Of a stretch of DNA of 64,000 nucleotides, positions 61,588-64,000 are shown one piece after another. Positions within the stretch are counted from its first letter, which is position 1, and the number at the start of each line of letters is the position of its first letter. Origin of the DNA: Squalus acanthias (Eukaryota). The stretch lies in the NCBI GenBank assembly GCA_030390025.1, contig JASTWF010000324.1, positions 62,001 to 126,000 of the forward strand. The letters are read 5' to 3'. The notes below the pieces were generated by a model that saw only the letters and a list, made by a program, of their open reading frames with translations, ran no database searches and was not told where the DNA came from. The translations under genes were made by a program, and so were the position numbers.

Positions 61588-64000
61588 GTAGGGGAATCGC
61601 AGGTACAGACCCACGTCCCATCACGGTGGAGGGAATCGCAGGTACAGACCCACGTCCCATCGCTGTGTGGGGGAATCGCAGGTACAGACCCACGTCCCAT
61701 CACGGCGGAGGGAATCGTAGGTACAGACCCACATCCCATCACGGTGGAGGGAATCGTAGGTACAGACCCACATCCCATCGCTGTGTGGGGGAATCGCAGG
61801 TACAGACCCACGTCCCATCACGGTGGAGGGAATCGTAGGTACAGACCCACATCCCATCGCTGTGTGGGGGAATCGTAGGTACAGACCCACATCCCATCGC
61901 TGTGTGGGGGAATCGCAGGAACAGACCCACGTCCCAGCACTGTGTGGGGGAATCGCAGGTACAGACCCACGTCCCAGCACTGTGTGGGGGAATCGCAGGA
62001 ACAGACCCACGTCCCAGCACTGTGTGGGGGAATCGTAGGTACAGACCCACATCCCATCGCTGTGTGGGGGAATCGCAGGAACAGACCCACATCCCATCGC
62101 TGTGTGGGGGAATCGCAGGTACAGACCCACATCCCATCGCTGTGTGGGGGAATCGTAGGTACAGACCCACATCCCATCGCTGTGTGGGGGAATCGCAGGA
62201 ACAGACCCACGTCCCAGCACTGTGTGGGGGAATCGCAGGTACAGACCCACGTCCCAGCACTGTGTGGGGGAATCGCAGGAACAGACCCACGTCCCAGCAC
62301 TGTGTGGGGGAATCGCAGGAACAGACTCACGTCCCAGCACTGTGTGGGGGAATCGCAGGTACAGACCCACGTCCCAGCACTGTGTGGGGGAATCGCAGGA
62401 ACAGACTCACGTCCCAGCACTGTGTGGGGGAATCACAGGTACAGACCCACGTCCCATCGCTGTGGGGGAATCGCAGGTACAGACCCACGTCCCATCACTA
62501 TGTGGGGGAATCGCAGGAACAGACTCACGTCCCAGCACTGTGTGGGGGAATCGCAGGAACAGACTCACGTCCCAGCACTGTGTGGGGGAATCGCAGGTAC
62601 AGACCCACGTCCCAGCACTGTGTGGGGGAATCGCAGGAACAGACTCACGTCCCAGCACTGTGTGGGGGAATCACAGGTACAGACCCACGTCCCATCGCTG
62701 TGGGGGAATCGCAGGTACAGACCCACGTCCCATCACTATGTGGGGGAATCGCAGGAACAGACTCACGTCCCAGCACTGTGTGGGGGAATCACAGGTACAG
62801 ACCCACGTCCCATCACTATGTGGGGGAATCGCAGGTACAGACCCACGTCCCATCACTATGTGGGGGAATCGCAGGAACAGACTCACGTCCCAGCACTGTG
62901 TGGGGGAATCGCAGGTACAGACCCACGTCCCATCACTATGTGGGGGAATCGCAGGTACAGACCAACGTCCCATCACTGTGTGGGGGAATCGCAGGTACAG
63001 ACCCACGTCCCATCACTATGTGGGGGAATTGCAGGTACAGACCCACGTCCCAGCACTGTGTGGGGGAATCGCAGGTACAGACCAACCTCCCAGCACTGTG
63101 TGGGGGAATCACAGGAACAGACCCACGTCCCATCACTGTGTGGGGGAATCGCAGGAACAGACTCACGTCCCAGCACTGTGTAGGGGAATCGCAGGTACAG
63201 ACCAACCTCCCAGCACTGTGTGGGGGAATCGCAGGTACAGACCCACGTCCCATCACTATGTGGGGGAATCGCAGGAACAGACCCACGTCCCATCACTGTG
63301 TGGGGGAATCGCAGGTACAGACCCACGTCCCAGCACTGTGTAGGGGAATCGCAGGTACAGACCCACGTCCCATCACTATGTGGGGGAATCGCAGGTACAG
63401 ACCCACGTCCCATCACTATGTGGGGGAATCGCAGGAACAGACCCACGTCCCAGCACTGTGTGGGGGAATCGCAGGTACAGACCCACGTCCCAGCACTGTG
63501 TGGGGGAATCGCAGGAACAGACCCACGTCCCAGCACTGTGTGGGGGAATCGCAGGAACAGACCCACGTCCCAGCACTGTGTGGGGGAATCGCAGGTACAG
63601 ACCCACGTCCCAGCACTGTGTGGGGGAATCGCAGGTACAGACCCACGTCCCATCACTATGTGGGGGAATCGCAGGTACAGACCCACGTCCCAGCACTGTG
63701 TGGGGGAATCGCAGGAACAGACCCACGTCCCAGCACTGTGTGGGGGAATCGCAGGAACAGACCCACGTCCCAGCACTGTGTGGGGGAATCGCAGGTACAG
63801 ACCCACGTCCCATCACTATGTGGGGGAATCGCAGGTACAGACCCACGTCCCAGCACTGTGTGGGGGAATCGCAGGTACAGACCAACCTCCCAGCACTGTG
63901 TGGGGGAATCACAGGAACAGACCCACGTCCCATCACTGTGTGGGGGAATCGCAGGAACAGACTCACGTCCCAGCACTGTGTAGGGGAATCGCAGGTACAG
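61588..64000. repeat. 38/40-bp minisatellite, about 60 copies, runs off the window end
   Basis: Unit tgtgtgggggaatcgcaggtacagacccacgtcccagcac. Confidence 0.96.

Noticed and set aside
61902..63983. 693-aa ORF and overlapping ORFs
   Set aside because: Translation of the 40-bp tandem repeat.

Overview
Vertebrate genomic DNA, most likely from a cartilaginous fish (inferred from the repeat families: CR1 LINEs, a Deu-domain tRNA-SINE, L2-like tails, Penelope-like elements). The window lies inside the minus-strand gene BTRC (beta-TrCP1). Two coding exons are recognisable: 59920-60027 (CSVPRSLWLGCSSLADSMPSLKCLQTSGTGTFATFQ) and 12349-12426 (NASGRDDCNNEQPPRKTSPEKNELRQ), separated by a ~47.5 kb intron. 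The rest is intronic: nested retroelement fragments, 13 main minisatellite arrays (~13.5 kb, about one fifth of the window) and unique AT-rich islands that may be conserved enhancers. None of the long ORFs in the supplied track is a host gene; they are repeat read-throughs or decayed CR1 ORF2. Three observations stand out. (1) Two Penelope-like families carry minimal hammerhead ribozyme motifs and form fold-back insertions; two family-A copies (1026 bp and ~228 bp) share the same inversion start and the same ~35-nt unpaired tail, and their ribozyme stems covary. (2) Several minisatellites trace to short internal segments of specific SINE/LINE families, including the same 33-mer expanded in three separate SINE copies. 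(3) Relics resembling LF-SINE are present, and their 3' part appears to have seeded a 67-bp array. All comparisons were made by eye; family names rest on recalled consensus features and need database confirmation. Repeat boundaries are approximate unless a target-site duplication (TSD) is given.
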